Of a stretch of 64,000 nt of DNA, positions 61,724-64,000 are shown in pieces. A model generated the notes under the pieces. That model was given only the letters and a program-made list of their open reading frames with translations, searched no databases and was not told the DNA's origin. How positions within the stretch are numbered: position 1 is the stretch's first letter; the number at the start of each line of letters is the position of its first letter. This DNA is from Hydrolagus colliei (lineage: Eukaryota), in the NCBI GenBank assembly GCA_035084275.1, contig CM068757.1, positions 9,610,001-9,674,000 of the forward strand, read 5' to 3'. A program made the position numbers and the translations under genes.

Positions 61724-64000
61724 GTAAGTGCAGTGAAGCATCTCACGGGGTGTATTGTGCGGTTTGTAATGGTATATTCATAAGATCGGTTGAGATGAAT
61801 CTGGTTCTTCAGGCCATCTGAGTTTATCCATCCAAACTTCCCATCCTTCCATCAATTCATCAGGCTATTTTAATGTCCTGGCTGCAAGCACCCTGCAAGC
61901 AAACTGTTCCAGTTATTAATCTTGTGGAGTCCTGTAGCTCAGTGGTTGGGCCACTTGCCTTGCAAGCAGGAGACCTGGGTTCGATTCCAGGCAGGGTGAA
62001 CCTTGCGCCAGTTTCTTTACTCCACACGCCTGATAATAATCCCTCAAAAAAAATTGGTCAATTCAATCTACATCTGTTTGTGAGACACTCCTGTTTGCAA
62101 TTGGCTTATCACCCACAAAATATACAGACAATTCACTAACAGTATATTCTGTGAAGTGCTTTGAGATGCCTGGAAGACGTGAAAAACCATGATATCAAAT
62201 GCAAGGATTAATCAGACCTTAGATAAAGAAATACTACCTGGTGTCTGTCCTGAAATTGTCCTTTTCAATTTGTTGTCAGACTCCACAACTGTGAGGCGCT
62301 CTGGGTTGCACTCCTTTGTGAAGTGCACTATACTATGAAAAGGCAAGCTGTTGTTGTTAAACCTATTTCCTCTTGTTCTACCAGCTGGATACATAACATT
62401 TAGTTTTGGCTTTATTTTTTCAATCCCATTTGAAATGTTTTCTATATATTCCGCTCAGCGCAAGTTATTTTGACATCTCTCAAGACGGAAAAGACTTCAG
62501 ATTGTCTCATCGTTGCTCCTAGCCATGGACAATAGAATTTTGCAGAAATATTTGCCCCAAATTGGGGGGTATTTCGGCTTATGATGCAAGGGAATTTGGC
62601 AAATTTGTGAAAAATTGCAAGGATTTTTGCTATTGAGAGGTACATAGCAACAATGTACTGCCAAGCCATTTTGTTCACTTCATTGATTAAAAACTACAGA
62701 TAAAGAAACAACAACAAAAACAATTTGCATTTATACAGTGCCCTTCACACTTGTTAGCATCCCTGAGTAATCCCAACGCAGGCTTGAATGGGGAAATGGG
62801 CTTTGCTCATTCCCGAGGCCCCGCTGTTGTGACTGTGGGTGTCGCTCTCTCTCACCTGAGTGTGTGTCCCTCTGTGAGTATGCGTCTCAGCGTCTGTGTG
62901 TGTCAGTGTGTGGTGGCGAGCCCCGAGAGGCAGGAGGTGGTGATCTCCTGGAGCCCCCACCCCCAAATCGAGTGGGTCACCCAGGCTTGTTAAAGGAAGC
63001 ATTTTTTTTGGCAGCAATTTAACATGTGTTATTTCTTAATGTTTCGTTTTCATCAATGAAATGTAATAATGTAGGTTGGCAGTAAAATATACCTCAATAG
63101 CACCAATCAATCCCCCGCAGCCCTGCAAATTTCCTCGCAATTTTGGGCAAATATTTGCACAATTTTCTATTGGCCTTGATTATGATAGGGTAAATAGTAA
63201 CATGTTATTTCCACTGGTTGGTGAACCAGTAACAAGATAACACAGGTTTAAGCTAACCACAAGAAGAATGCTGGAGATGTACACAATTAGGAGAGGTTTT
63301 TGACAGTTCAAATGGGAAGAAACATTTCCATGAGTTGGGGTGTCAAGTGACTAGGTAGTATAAGTGTCATAAGATGAGTGATAAGAGAGGTTAGGCAAAC
63401 ATTTGTCACTCCGAGGTGTTGGGGTGTGGAATAGACTGCCACGGAAGGTGGTAAGAGTCATAACAAGAGTAAAAAGCAGAGTCCATTGTGTTTCCAGATG
63501 TTAATATGGGAGGCTTGAAGGGGTTGGGAGAAAAAGAAAACGCAGTGGAATTCAATGAAAAACATGAGTTGAAAGCTAGAGAGAGACTTGATGGGCCAAA
63601 TGGCCACCTTCCGTAATGCAAATTGATACGATTCTGTGAATTGAAGGGGAGGGTAGAAAAAACGTTTCACCAACCAGCTGCTGTGATGTGGAACTCTCTG
63701 CCGTTATCCATTCTTGAGGCAGAGTCCGTAAATTCTTTCTGATGCGGGATTAGATGCAACAGCTTGTAATTATACAGCACCCCTTGAGCATGGTAGCCTC
63801 CCAGAGCGCTCAAAAAGAGGAAATTTGTGGGAGTGCAAAGGAAAGTGGCATTAGTTGTGTTCATGGTAAGTAAAGCAGCAGTGCATTTGATGGATGATCG
63901 ACCTGTTTCTTGCCTGTAACATTCTATCAGACATTTACACAACTTGATAAGGTGCTCTATCAAATGCAAAGATTATTATTTCACAATATTGTCTTCCAGT

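Overview
Vertebrate genomic DNA, most likely a cartilaginous fish (inferred from shark/chimaera-type Deu-domain SINEs, L2 and CR1 tails). There are two N-gaps, at 2687-2830 and 31150-31318. The window is a tandem cluster of B7-H6 (NCR3LG1)-like genes on the + strand. It contains the 3' part of an upstream paralog (88-~11781), one apparently complete gene (leader 16324, V 18035, C1+TM 21221, then seven more Ig-like exons to 36218), two orphan leader exons (44335, 46904), an orphan canonical C1 exon (49633), and the 5' part of a third gene (leader 56542, V 61388). The main observation is what follows the type-I TM of the complete gene: about 980 aa of seven 136-144 aa C1-derived domains. All lack the canonical Ig disulfide pair (B-strand Cys is Trp in 6 of 7, F-strand Cys is lost in 7 of 7). 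A candidate second TM exon follows them. This predicts a B7-family ligand with an intracellular Ig-domain array whose size varies by exon duplication and deletion. The paralogs also differ in V-domain loops and in GAS/ISRE promoter elements. All exon models were read by hand from splice signals and phase; no database searches were run.
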